Below are positions 49,000-58,474 of a DNA stretch of 64,000 nucleotides, piece by piece; the stretch's first letter is position 1, and each line of letters starts with the position of its first letter. The stretch is from a virus (Duplodnaviria; Caudoviricetes): positions 120 to 64,119 of the IMG/VR virus record IMGVR_UViG_2931439988_000001; one strand, written 5' to 3'. Position numbers and translations under genes: made by a program. Under the pieces are notes generated by a model that saw only the letters and a list, made by a program, of their open reading frames with translations, searched no databases and was not told where the DNA came from.

Positions 49000-49725
49000 A
49001 TGAATACTAAAAAAGGAAACATTGTATTCTGGTCGATAATAGTTTTAGTTGTTCTGTTTATTGGAATTGCGATTATAGACAAGTCGTTGGATAAACCGGA
49101 CGATGTTAGCGCAAGTGTAACTGAGATAACGGATATCACTACCTTTGATCGGTTTTACCATCCCAGCGCCTTTGTTATAGACTCGCTCATTCGAAAGGCT
49201 GAAGGATTTGAAGGATATGACTATTACAATTATTTAAAGGGTCTTAGACTTCCGCTGAAAGAGAATGCTCTTGTAACAGCAAAGGAATACCCACCATTTG
49301 TATCACTTTACAGTCCGCAATCAATTATTGTACAGAAAGCCTATCATGCATCACAAAAGATGAACACTTATACTGCTGAAGAAGCAAAATCAGATGTAAT
49401 TGAAAATGTTCTCTCCTTCAAGACAACTGTTTATAGGGACATTTACGATACAAGCAAACAATTTCACGTTGTTTTAAGGCAAGGTGAAACTGTTCTTCAA
49501 CCTACATCAAATGGATATAAATCCAGTTCAATTAAATCGAATGTGTCATATGACGATGATCTATCTCCTACAAGTAAACGCTACAACAGAGAAGAGGGTT
49601 ATGCAGTGTTCTCTGTCGGAGAAGAAATTGATTTCGATAAACCTGCGGAAGTACTTTTTCTGTACAATGGGAAAGACGACTACGCAGTATACGAATTAGA
49701 TTTCAAAAAGTTCATCGGGAATTAA
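49000..49725 (+). CDS. Membrane-anchored hypothetical protein (moron)
   Basis: Single N-terminal TM helix. Confidence 0.7.
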   Translation: MNTKKGNIVFWSIIVLVVLFIGIAIIDKSLDKPDDVSASVTEITDITTFDRFYHPSAFVIDSLIRKAEGFEGYDYYNYLKGLRLPLKENALVTAKEYPPFVSLYSPQSIIVQKAYHASQKMNTYTAEEAKSDVIENVLSFKTTVYRDIYDTSKQFHVVLRQGETVLQPTSNGYKSSSIKSNVSYDDDLSPTSKRYNREEGYAVFSVGEEIDFDKPAEVLFLYNGKDDYAVYELDFKKFIGN

Positions 49726-49727
49726 TT

Positions 49728-49754
49728 GAGTCCGTATATACGGACTCTTTTTTT
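49728..49754 (+). terminator. Intrinsic terminator
   Basis: GAGTCCGT-ATAT-ACGGACTC + T7. Confidence 0.85.
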
Positions 49755-49871
49755 GTTTGTGTGACTATAAATCCGTAGCCACTCCGTAACAAAGATAAAA
49801 GATAATAAATCCATGAAGCCCTATTCCTTAATTGGAAGGGGCTTATTTTCGTATAGAGAGGAGGAAAGGTC

Positions 49872-50075
49872 TTGGCAAAGATGACACATACACTCCAAGT
49901 TGAAATGGATTTGAATAAACCGGTTGAAGAATTGACCCAGGTAATTAGTTCTGTTCTTAGCGCACACCCTCAGAATCAAAAAGAAATTCTAGCTGCTTTG
50001 GATTTGGAAATCGGGAATGCACTGGCAACAATTGAGATTAAAGAACAAAAAGAAACCGTTGAAACAAGTAATTAG
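49872..50075 (+). CDS. Hypothetical protein
   Basis: RBS GAGGAGG. Confidence 0.6.
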   Translation: MAKMTHTLQVEMDLNKPVEELTQVISSVLSAHPQNQKEILAALDLEIGNALATIEIKEQKETVETSN

Positions 50076-50114
50076 CTCAGGATAATTTTCCTTAGCAGAA
50101 ATGAGGAGAACATA

Positions 50115-50585
50115 TTGGATAAATGGAAAACATTTTTTGCTTCTGTAGGGGCGGTTGTAGTCCCAGTTTTCGAATACTTTTACGGACGTGATGAAGCGGT
50201 AATTGGCTTTATGACGGCCGTATTATTTTTTGTAATCCTTGATTGGATGTCGGGTGTTAGTGCAGCTAAGTTGGATAACTCGTACGGTAGTCGATACGGG
50301 TTGCAGGGGATCTGGAGAACGTTTTTCGTTTTATTACTTCCAGCAGGCGGACATTTGTTAGATGTGGTGTTTAAAATGCCTGGACTAATCTTTGGAGCCC
50401 TATCTCTCGGTACTCTTTATCATGTGATTCAGAGCATGGTAGCTAACTCAATTAGAGCAGGATGGGGACAATGGATTCCCTTGCCGGTCTTTAACTGGCT
50501 CATAAATTGGGTGAAATCTGAACTGGATAAAAAGATGGAACGGGCCGAATCCCGGAAAGGAGCTGGCACAGATGACGCAGCGTAA
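50115..50585 (+). CDS. Holin (phage_holin_4-like)
   Basis: FFVILDWMSGVSAAK...S..G..G; multi-TM; overlaps lysin start. Confidence 0.85.
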   Translation: MDKWKTFFASVGAVVVPVFEYFYGRDEAVIGFMTAVLFFVILDWMSGVSAAKLDNSYGSRYGLQGIWRTFFVLLLPAGGHLLDVVFKMPGLIFGALSLGTLYHVIQSMVANSIRAGWGQWIPLPVFNWLINWVKSELDKKMERAESRKGAGTDDAA

Positions 50586-51255
50586 AATATCTCAAGCAGG
50601 CATTGCCCTCATTAAATCATTTGAGGGTTGTAAACTTACGGCATACAAGCCTGTACAGACCGAGAAGTATTGGACGATCGGCTGGGGGCACTACGGCTCT
50701 GACGTCAAACAAGGGCAAGTGATCACGCAAGCTCAAGCTGACGCAATTCTTGTGGAGGACTTGGCCAAGTATGAGGCATACGTTAATAACAAGGCTTACG
50801 TGCCATTACTTGATCAGCTTACAAAGAATCAATTCGATGCATTGGTGAGCTTCTGCTACAACTGTGGTGCTGGTAATCTCAAAACGTTGTGTAACGGCCG
50901 TACTGTGGCCCAGATTGGCCAAAACATCACCAAGTATGACAAGTCCAGCGGGATAGTATTGGCTGGACTGGTACGCCGTAGACAGGCTGAGCTTAACCTG
51001 TTTAACTCACCAGATAAAATTGTGAAGGAGGACAAGCCAGTGACATTAGAAGTAATGAAGCAGTTGGAGGAACTGAAGGCAACTGTTGAATCTCAGGCCA
51101 AGTGGATCGCGGCTCAGAAGGCCAAGGAGAACATGGAATGTCCTAAATGGGCAGAAGAAGCTTTCAAGTATTACATGAACTATATTACTGATAAGACAGG
51201 GAGTTACGACTTTTGGCGTCTGTTGGTTGTGAATTTCAGGAAAGAAAAACAATAA
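50572..51255 (+). CDS. Endolysin, GH24 lysozyme
   Basis: GIALIKSFEGCKLTAY...WTIGWGH, NQFDALVSF.YNCG, GLVRRR.AE. Confidence 0.92.
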   Translation: MTQRKISQAGIALIKSFEGCKLTAYKPVQTEKYWTIGWGHYGSDVKQGQVITQAQADAILVEDLAKYEAYVNNKAYVPLLDQLTKNQFDALVSFCYNCGAGNLKTLCNGRTVAQIGQNITKYDKSSGIVLAGLVRRRQAELNLFNSPDKIVKEDKPVTLEVMKQLEELKATVESQAKWIAAQKAKENMECPKWAEEAFKYYMNYITDKTGSYDFWRLLVVNFRKEKQ

Positions 51256-51264
51256 AGATATTGC

Positions 51265-51291
51265 GAAGTCTCTTGTTAAACAAGAGACTTC
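51265..51291. terminator. Hairpin after lysin
   Basis: GAAGTCTCTTG-TTAAA-CAAGAGACTTC. Confidence 0.65.
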
Positions 51292-51307
51292 CTGATACAT
51301 AAACTAG

Positions 51308-51337
51308 TTGACATTAGGAACATATGTTCTTTACTAT
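51308..51337 (+). promoter_or_regulatory. Sigma-A-like promoter with LexA (SOS) box in the spacer
   Basis: TTGACA(51308)-18-TACTAT; GAACATATGTTC at 51318-51329 matches the Firmicutes GAAC-N4-GTTC box. Confidence 0.75.
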
Positions 51338-51471
51338 ATCAATAAAGTCAAGAAAACTGATTTTTTTAACGTACGCTTCCAAAATTCAACAAAATAACCT
51401 AAAATAAAATCAACAATATATTTGACTGTATTGTATTTATTTTAAGTTAGTTGAATTGCAGGGGGATTCGT

Positions 51472-52674
51472 ATGTTGACAGAGAGAACAATCAGGAATAT
51501 TCATATTATACATTGGGAACGTTTTTTTAGAGAATTTAATGTTCCTAATAGAACCGTTCGTATTAGGGCAGAGAGTGATAAATATACAAGTATTTTAAAA
51601 ATTATAGGAGAGGAGTTAGCATCAGATAGTCCTAGTTTCTCAAAAGGAGCACTGGATAGATTTCTGTTTGACCAATTGTTCTACTCTATTAGTGATCATC
51701 ATTACTTGTACCAAACAAACAGTATTTTTTATGACAATGAGATGGATAGAGAGTCAACAGTTAGGCTATTGTCATCTGACAGTTTACTGAAACTGAATCT
51801 AAATTTATTTGATTGGCCGGATGATAATACCCATACGATTAATGCCTGCACAACTAGACTTGAGTTTGATGAAAATGATCTACTGAATGAGATACATGTC
51901 CTGTTAAGGGTCGGGGAAATTTCAGGTGAGTATGGAAGAACCAATGTTTTTTGTGGTGTCACCATATCTTTGAAAACTAATGCAGTATTATTCAAATTTA
52001 GACATGGTCAGGTAATCGATATGCCTGATAGTCAAATAAAAATTAACAACGCTTTAATAAAGGTATTAAATGGTGAGGGGCGAGACGGAAAACAATTCGA
52101 AAGCTTAGACTTACACTTGTCAACATTAAATGAGTTTAATGTTCAATCAGCAATCTATAAACTATTCAAGGATTTAAGTGAAGAGGCCGAAGAAAAACTT
52201 AACAATGAATTGGATGGATCTGCAGAAAATAAAATCAGGACTTTTCTTGAAAACGAACTTAACATAAAATCAGAAAAAGAGAGTTTTAATGAATATGTTG
52301 AGCAAATCAAAGCTGTTGTTTTTCAAGACATCAGCAGTAGAATGACGCATACATTATTTAAAAAAGGATGGGTGTTTAAATTTGTTTTTAGAGAAGGGGA
52401 TCATAGCAAGGCTTCATCTAATGCAGAAAAAAGATCACCTGTCTATAGTTACAAATCATTTTGGCAACTAAAAGAACTCATTCATTCAATTAAAGAATTG
52501 CAAGAAGCTGGCTTCCATTGGAATCTAAATGGAGTGGAAAGTGATAGTGAATTTGTTGATGTGAGATTAGAGTCTAAGAGCGGTACTTTATTAATTCACT
52601 ATTACTACAATACCAGAAGTGTGAGAAAGGAGAAGGAGGAATATGTTATACGAAAAATTACTGAGCATCTATAA
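51472..52674 (+). CDS. Unknown protein, 400 aa (gene 1 of candidate defence operon)
   Basis: AT-rich long ORF; no family recognised. Confidence 0.75.
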   Translation: MLTERTIRNIHIIHWERFFREFNVPNRTVRIRAESDKYTSILKIIGEELASDSPSFSKGALDRFLFDQLFYSISDHHYLYQTNSIFYDNEMDRESTVRLLSSDSLLKLNLNLFDWPDDNTHTINACTTRLEFDENDLLNEIHVLLRVGEISGEYGRTNVFCGVTISLKTNAVLFKFRHGQVIDMPDSQIKINNALIKVLNGEGRDGKQFESLDLHLSTLNEFNVQSAIYKLFKDLSEEAEEKLNNELDGSAENKIRTFLENELNIKSEKESFNEYVEQIKAVVFQDISSRMTHTLFKKGWVFKFVFREGDHSKASSNAEKRSPVYSYKSFWQLKELIHSIKELQEAGFHWNLNGVESDSEFVDVRLESKSGTLLIHYYYNTRSVRKEKEEYVIRKITEHL

Positions 52675-53302
52675 AGAAAAAAAATTAAATCAAGAATTTG
52701 ATGAATCAATGCTCAATAATTTATTTGAACAAATAGACTGGAGCATGAAAAGAGGGAGAAGGAACCTCAGTCCATACAAATTTGCTAGTACTAGTGGTGT
52801 TGAGATGAATCGTGCTGTCGCTTTTTTTATGTATTTTTCCGATCCAGAAATAGGCATATTTGATTTAGAATATTTTATTGAATGCAATTCAAATAATTGC
52901 CAAGAACGTATATACCTGACGAAAGAAATGCTTAATGACCGCTTGAACATCTTAAATTGTGAGGAGTGTGCAAAATCTTTTAGTGTAGAAGAGATTATGG
53001 ATCAGATCAAGGTTTACTTCCGATTGAGCGATACAGCTTGTATTTTGTATAAGCAAGTAGGTGTACCTGAGAAGAAAAAATCAGACCCCAATTCAATCTT
53101 TGGTATTCTTAATGGGATGTCTGATAATTTAAAGTCGGTCTCCCCTTCATCTTCCAATAATACTATTGATAAGGCATCTGAAGGGGAGACCAATACAGAA
53201 TCAGTATCATTAAGCACTATTGTTGAAATCAATAAGCAAAGCGTCACACCAATTTTGGACTATGAATTTTTGCAAGATGCAGCAGATTTCATTCATGGTT
53301 AA
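52643..53302 (+). CDS. Zinc-ribbon-containing protein (gene 2)
   Basis: RBS AAGGAGG inside gene 1; ECNSNNC...NCEECA. Confidence 0.75.
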   Translation: MLYEKLLSIYKEKKLNQEFDESMLNNLFEQIDWSMKRGRRNLSPYKFASTSGVEMNRAVAFFMYFSDPEIGIFDLEYFIECNSNNCQERIYLTKEMLNDRLNILNCEECAKSFSVEEIMDQIKVYFRLSDTACILYKQVGVPEKKKSDPNSIFGILNGMSDNLKSVSPSSSNNTIDKASEGETNTESVSLSTIVEINKQSVTPILDYEFLQDAADFIHG

Positions 53303-53319
53303 TAAAAGGATCAATATAT

Positions 53320-53808
53320 ATGGAAAATGAAAATGTAGTTGCCACTTCAAAGCTTCTGAAATTGCAAGGTTTTATAAAAATAGATGTTGGTAGTAGCAAA
53401 AAAAGTGGTTATGAGTTTAAAAGAAAATCACATTTTTTAAAATTGACATCTATCTTCATATCCAGCTTAATAACCGTTGTGCTAGGTTTGACATTAGATG
53501 ACACTCTTGAGTTTAAAGGTTTCAATGTTACAATTAGTTTGAAGAATTTAGCTGTTGCTCTTAGTGCAATTCTCACCGGTATAAATACTTGGGATGCATT
53601 TGTAAGCTATACGTTTCGTTCACAACAGGAAAGTTCAATTGTAAATAAATTAACAATGCTCTACAAAGATATAGATCTATACCTTGAATCAAATCAAAAT
53701 TGCACCATTTCAGATTACAATAGTTATAAGGATAGATATAACAAAATTCATGAAGAGTATTCACAAGATCGTGCATCTTCAAAAGATGAAAAGTCTGAAA
53801 AGGAATAA
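53320..53808 (+). CDS. SLATT-like two-TM protein (gene 3)
   Basis: YEFKRK..FLKLTSIFISSLITVVLGL...LAVALSAILTGINTWDAFVSY, then helical C-terminus. Confidence 0.7.
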   Translation: MENENVVATSKLLKLQGFIKIDVGSSKKSGYEFKRKSHFLKLTSIFISSLITVVLGLTLDDTLEFKGFNVTISLKNLAVALSAILTGINTWDAFVSYTFRSQQESSIVNKLTMLYKDIDLYLESNQNCTISDYNSYKDRYNKIHEEYSQDRASSKDEKSEKE

Positions 53809-53921
53809 TATAAATAAAAGAAAAAGATCTATCCATAAAACAGGAAGATCTTTTTCTTTTATTTATATTAATAGTAATAAGCATTTATTATATTGGGCAG
53901 GTAAAGGCAGTGCAAATCTTC

Positions 53922-54476
53922 CTAACGAGGTAACTCACCTGAACCTACATATTTATCCTTCTTGCTATTCCACTTGTAGTGTGCAACAGCGATCTCCCAT
54001 CCACCTTCTGGGTAGTGGCTCTTCCACAGTTGCATTATTTCCCCGGTTTTCGAAATATTTATACCAACATCCCCCATAACAGACAACTTCTTTTTTAGAG
54101 TACCATTCTGATACTTGTAAACGAGCAGTTCAGTATTTGATGGCAAATAGTCCAGGGTAACAGCTACATGCTTTTCTTTAGCCGAAATATTTAGGATATG
54201 AATTGTTGGTTCTTCATCGCTATAGTAATTTGTGTCTATGAGTACGATAACACCTTTAGCGTTAATGAGATAGAAGTTGCCCGAATCAGTAATCAATAGG
54301 TGCTCTTTCTTGTTGTCTCCGTTTAGATCCACAGATTTACTAACGGTTACAACTTCTCTTGGATATTTTTGTTCTAACAATTTCTTTGGATTTACGGTAG
54401 CAGCATGAATAGGGCTAGTTGGTAGTAATCCAAGAATAATTGATACTGAACATATCAATATTAGAATCTTCTTCAT
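53922..54476 (-). CDS. Secreted hypothetical protein
   Basis: Signal peptide ending IHA; VDLNGDNKKE. Confidence 0.75.
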   Translation of the reverse strand: MKKILILICSVSIILGLLPTSPIHAATVNPKKLLEQKYPREVVTVSKSVDLNGDNKKEHLLITDSGNFYLINAKGVIVLIDTNYYSDEEPTIHILNISAKEKHVAVTLDYLPSNTELLVYKYQNGTLKKKLSVMGDVGINISKTGEIMQLWKSHYPEGGWEIAVAHYKWNSKKDKYVGSGELPR

Positions 54477-54494
54477 TCGATTTCTCCTTTGAAA

Positions 54495-55130
54495 TTATTT
54501 CACTTGCACAAATTCCTCAACAAACTTCTGACGGTCATTTTTATTAAAATACTTACTACTTAATTCTGATTTCCAAGCTTCAGGATCTGAATTAAGAGTA
54601 TTGAAATCTACATCGAAATAAGTTTCGGCAACAGATTTTTTCAAATCAACAGAGTGTGTCTTTCCTTCGAACGGAACGGTTATTACAATGTTATCTGCAT
54701 CAATGAATTGTTTTAATAGACGTACTGACTCTTCCATAAGAATCTTATTGATTTCGTCACCAGTAGCGAAATATTGGACATAATCTTCTTCTGAAACTCC
54801 AGATTGAGGATTGGCAGACTTATAGTTTTCGAATGTATCATGAAATACTACATTTATGTTATGATCACCGACTAAAACTTCTTTTACAAAGGTACGCCCT
54901 CTGATATTTGCTGTGTAAGCAAGCACAGCTTCTTTGTCCAAGGGCTGAGTATTTTGAATATCTTCGTTCACTTTGTCATCTCCTTTATTGTCTTGTGGTT
55001 TGGTTGAAACAACCTCGTTGTTTTGTGTTGGTTTTTCCGGATCAGGCTTAGTGTTCATATTACCAAGTGCTACCACAATTAGCACGATGATAAGCCAAAA
55101 CCACCATTTTTTAAATATAGGCTTTTTCAA
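54495..55130 (-). CDS. Membrane-anchored extracellular protein
   Basis: RBS AGGAGG, TTG start; MKKPIFKKWWFWLIIVLIVVALG. Confidence 0.75.
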   Translation of the reverse strand: MKKPIFKKWWFWLIIVLIVVALGNMNTKPDPEKPTQNNEVVSTKPQDNKGDDKVNEDIQNTQPLDKEAVLAYTANIRGRTFVKEVLVGDHNINVVFHDTFENYKSANPQSGVSEEDYVQYFATGDEINKILMEESVRLLKQFIDADNIVITVPFEGKTHSVDLKKSVAETYFDVDFNTLNSDPEAWKSELSSKYFNKNDRQKFVEEFVQVK

Positions 55131-55138
55131 TCTTCTTC

Positions 55139-55429
55139 CTCCTGATATAGTAATAATTAACAACAAAATATAGTCTATCAGACCTAGGTATAATTTTCTA
55201 TAAAAATGTATGGATGTGGAGAATGAATACATATAGAGTATTACAAACAGATATGGATTTCCTCGCGGCAGCCTTAACACAGGTTCGGGTATCCGTCTGG
55301 CATGTTTTAGACGATCGCGATCACATCATTGACTATGGCGGACCAGTAGAGGTGTATTGCACAGTGTCCATTAAGATCATGGGGAAGAGATACTTTCGTG
55401 ATACATTTGAATTTAGGATACAAAAATAG
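55139..55429. repeat. Repeat unit copy A (divergent promoter + small gene)
   Basis: CTCCTGATATAGTAATAATTAACAA...TAGTCTATCAGA..TAGGTAT..TTTTCTA shared with 58856 and 56214. Confidence 0.85.
55223..55429 (+). CDS. Small protein, 68 aa (paralog of 58939-59151)
   Basis: MNTYRVLQTD...DYGG...YFRDTFEFR. Confidence 0.7.
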   Translation: MNTYRVLQTDMDFLAAALTQVRVSVWHVLDDRDHIIDYGGPVEVYCTVSIKIMGKRYFRDTFEFRIQK

Positions 55430-55468
55430 GAGCCTTGGTTAATGGCTCCTTTGTAACTGAAAACTAGA

Positions 55469-55780
55469 TTACTGATCCTTTAATAAATCTAACAAATAAA
55501 ATAAAAGTCCGATTCCTCCAGCAAAAAAGTTGGCGAATATAGAGGTAGAGAATGAATTGATATTTCCGAAAGTTTGACCACAATAAGGACAAAAAACAGC
55601 TTCTTTAGATATTTTATGACCACATGAACGACAAGATTCCAAGCTAGTTCTATTACCTTTAATTGCCGCGTATATATTTCCGAACATTCTACCAAAGAAA
55701 CGAGTAGCCATATAAAACATTGTTAGAATGAAAACAGACTGTAATGTTGTTCCAACTATAATACCTATTTTCTCTTCCAT
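55469..55780 (-). CDS. TM-zinc ribbon-TM protein 1
   Basis: CRSCGHKISKEAVFCPYCG. Confidence 0.8.
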   Translation of the reverse strand: MEEKIGIIVGTTLQSVFILTMFYMATRFFGRMFGNIYAAIKGNRTSLESCRSCGHKISKEAVFCPYCGQTFGNINSFSTSIFANFFAGGIGLLFYLLDLLKDQ

Positions 55781-55834
55781 GTATTGCCTCCAACTTTAAA
55801 TTAATCAAGAATAGTCTTACTTACTATGTAACAT

Positions 55835-56179
55835 TTATTGTTTTAAACTAAAGGTTTCAAATGTCTCAAGAAATTCTGACAAGGCATAAAATCCCAACCC
55901 AATACACACAAACCCTACGATAAAGCAACCAATGATAGAATGGGCAAATCCACTTCCTCGTCCATAGTGCTCTCCACAATAAGGACATATGATGGCAGAA
56001 CTTGAGATTGAATGCCCACAAGATCTGCAAGGTTCCACTTTTTTAGTCCTTTGTCCTTTCAATCTTCTGAAGATATTAAGAAACATTCCAGCAATACCCA
56101 TTAAGCCTAGTACAAATAACGCTAAGATCAATCCTGCAAAGAATACCATACCAAAAACCTCACTGATATTATGAATCAT
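55835..56179 (-). CDS. TM-zinc ribbon-TM protein 2
   Basis: CRSCGHSISSSAIICPYCG; RBS AAGGAG. Confidence 0.8.
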   Translation of the reverse strand: MIHNISEVFGMVFFAGLILALFVLGLMGIAGMFLNIFRRLKGQRTKKVEPCRSCGHSISSSAIICPYCGEHYGRGSGFAHSIIGCFIVGFVCIGLGFYALSEFLETFETFSLKQ

Positions 56180-56213
56180 AACAAACTCCTTCAATGATGA
56201 AATCAATCCAGAA

Positions 56214-56310
56214 TAGCCTATCAGAACTATGTAAAATTTTCTATACAAATGTGTGGATGTTAGAAAATGAATACATACCTAGTAATAGAAAGGCATCAAT
56301 TAAGATCATG
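56214..56310. repeat. Repeat unit copy C (small gene internally deleted)
   Basis: TAGCCTATCAGAACTATGTAAAATTTTCTAT...ATGAATACATA joined to ATTAAGATCATG. Confidence 0.7.
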
Positions 56311-56382
56311 AGCAGTAAATAATTCCCTAACCTGTTTGAATCTATGGTACCAAAAAAGGAGGCTTTTATGGCTCCTTCTCAT

Positions 56383-56712
56383 CTAATTATTTATCATCTT
56401 TATAAGTTCAGCTAATGCTATGAATCCTCCGCAAATGCAAATTACGAAACCAACGAATGACCCGAAAATTGAATTGAAAACTCCATTAGATCTACCGTAA
56501 TGGTGTCCGCAATTAGGGCAAATGATAGCTGAAATTGAGATTGTATTACCACAGGATTGGCACTGTTCTAACTTTCGGTTAATTCGACCCTTGAGTAGCC
56601 TGAAGACATTGATAAACAATGCTACTAAACAAGCTATACCAAATATAAACAAACAAGTAGTAATGAGACCGGCAATACCCAGAAGTGAGTATGATGCCAT
56701 ATTATCAGCCAT
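56383..56712 (-). CDS. TM-zinc ribbon-TM protein 3
   Basis: CQSCGNTISISAIICPNCG; RBS GGAGG. Confidence 0.8.
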   Translation of the reverse strand: MADNMASYSLLGIAGLITTCLFIFGIACLVALFINVFRLLKGRINRKLEQCQSCGNTISISAIICPNCGHHYGRSNGVFNSIFGSFVGFVICICGGFIALAELIKMINN

Positions 56713-56839
56713 TAAGATCCTCCATTTATGTAATCAATCCACTTATGTTATCAAAGTTATTCGTCTATTTCCATATATTTCTGAAATATGAACAGTAAAA
56801 AAGAGTGACTACCACTAAGGTATCACTCTAGTCGAAACT

Positions 56840-57511
56840 CTAATTTACTTTCTTCAACAGTTCCAAACTGTTATTCCTCACATTACCGACTTCCTTCGGC
56901 ACCTCATACGCTCTCATCTCTGAAGCTTGATATGGCTTGAGCAAGCCAAGCAGCGATTGGACATCATCATTGTCTCTTCCGAGCCACGCAGCTTCATCCT
57001 CAGGGCGCAAGATAACCGGCATACGATTATGAATGTCTTCCATAAGGCTGTTTGGTTCAGTTGTAATGATGGTGCAGGTACTCAGTCTGTTTCCATCTGG
57101 ATCTGTCCAGGTATCGTACAGGCCAGCAAGCGAGAATAAACGGTCATCCTTCATCAAAATGCGCATTGGACGCTTTGCCGATTCTTCTTTCTTCCACTCG
57201 TAAAATCCATTTGTCGGAATGATACAACGCTTTGAACTGATCAGGCGTTTAAAGGAAGGCTTCTCAGCCAGCGTCTCGGCCCGGGCATTAATCATCTTGT
57301 TCCCGATCTTGTCATCTTTGGCCCAAACGGGTACCAGGCCCCAGCGCAGCGAACCCAAGTGATTACCGTCTTTGCTCCCGATGATTGTCGGGATGTACTG
57401 CATAGGTGCAGCGTTGTAATTAGGTTTGTACTCAAAGCCATCAGCTATAGATGCATAGTACCTGTCCATGATAGCGTCTAAGGGATCAGTGATTGTGAAT
57501 CTACCACACAT
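56840..57511 (-). CDS. SOS response-associated peptidase (SRAP/HMCES family)
   Basis: MCGRF start after AGGAGG; YNAAP, RWGLVP, INARAET, GFYEW, IHNRMPVIL. Confidence 0.93.
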   Translation of the reverse strand: MCGRFTITDPLDAIMDRYYASIADGFEYKPNYNAAPMQYIPTIIGSKDGNHLGSLRWGLVPVWAKDDKIGNKMINARAETLAEKPSFKRLISSKRCIIPTNGFYEWKKEESAKRPMRILMKDDRLFSLAGLYDTWTDPDGNRLSTCTIITTEPNSLMEDIHNRMPVILRPEDEAAWLGRDNDDVQSLLGLLKPYQASEMRAYEVPKEVGNVRNNSLELLKKVN

Positions 57512-57545
57512 ACAAAGCACCTCCTGTATTGTTCTTAATATATAA

Positions 57546-58403
57546 TCACAAGATAAATTGATCAAACACGGGGATACGCAGCAAGCCTGATTTGGTCCAG
57601 TTTCGCATTTTAACTCTTGCCTGAATTCGAGGTTCAAGGTAAACGTTGTTCTTGTCTTCACCTGTCACGAGCTGCTGACACACTCCGCGGAAAGCCTGCT
57701 TATGTTTTGGACTTGGACCATGCTCAATGATCCCTACTGGGCGCATCTTGCCTGACGGATCTGGAACAGCAGCGAGCCATCCAAACTCAGATTTCTTATA
57801 TCCTGTGATGAACACATCGGCGTAGGACCAGTTAATAACCTTCAACCACTCTCTGGACCGCCTGCTAACGTACTGGCTGTCCTTACGCTTGCCAACTACA
57901 CCTTCCATACCCATAGTCTCTATTTGGCTATACAATTCTTCTCCAGCGCCTTCAATGTAGGGTACAATCCCAAAGTTTCTGGAGGGAAGTGTGAGGCCTC
58001 GGAGAATTGCTTTGCGTTCCATGAGGGGGAGTTTACGCAGATCCTGACCCTTGTACTGCAAGATATCAAATATGGCGAACGTGGCCGGTAAAGTCTTGGT
58101 GAGCTGCTGAACCTTTGAATGCTGCCGAGTGCTGAACCGGCTCATGACTGCTTCGAAATCATTCAATCCCGTTGTCGGATCGGCGCATGCTACTTCACCG
58201 TCCAAAATGATATCAGAGTCAAAAGGAAAAAGTAATTCGGGATACTGGCGTGTACATTCATTGTTGTGACGTGTATATAACCGGACATTGCCGGACTGTT
58301 GCGAATATATCAACCGATGTCCATCAACTTTCGGCTCAAAAATAAAATCCGAATGGGAGAAGGGACCCGGTGCTGTTTCAAGTAACATAGGACTAATGAA
58401 CAT
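57546..58403 (-). CDS. Minimal ATP-dependent DNA ligase
   Basis: EPKVDGHR (KxDG), ILDGEV, FDIL, EGVVGKR..S.Y...RS..WLKV. Confidence 0.92.
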   Translation of the reverse strand: MFISPMLLETAPGPFSHSDFIFEPKVDGHRLIYSQQSGNVRLYTRHNNECTRQYPELLFPFDSDIILDGEVACADPTTGLNDFEAVMSRFSTRQHSKVQQLTKTLPATFAIFDILQYKGQDLRKLPLMERKAILRGLTLPSRNFGIVPYIEGAGEELYSQIETMGMEGVVGKRKDSQYVSRRSREWLKVINWSYADVFITGYKKSEFGWLAAVPDPSGKMRPVGIIEHGPSPKHKQAFRGVCQQLVTGEDKNNVYLEPRIQARVKMRNWTKSGLLRIPVFDQFIL

Positions 58404-58474
58404 AAAAACACCTCTGATCCAATTATAGCGTTTTACTATAATAGATAGAGGCGGTAAGTTGTGGAATTGACATC

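Noticed and set aside
56840-57661. 273-aa SRAP ORF as listed in the track
   Set aside because: SRAP needs Cys at position 2; the real start is 57511 after AGGAGG
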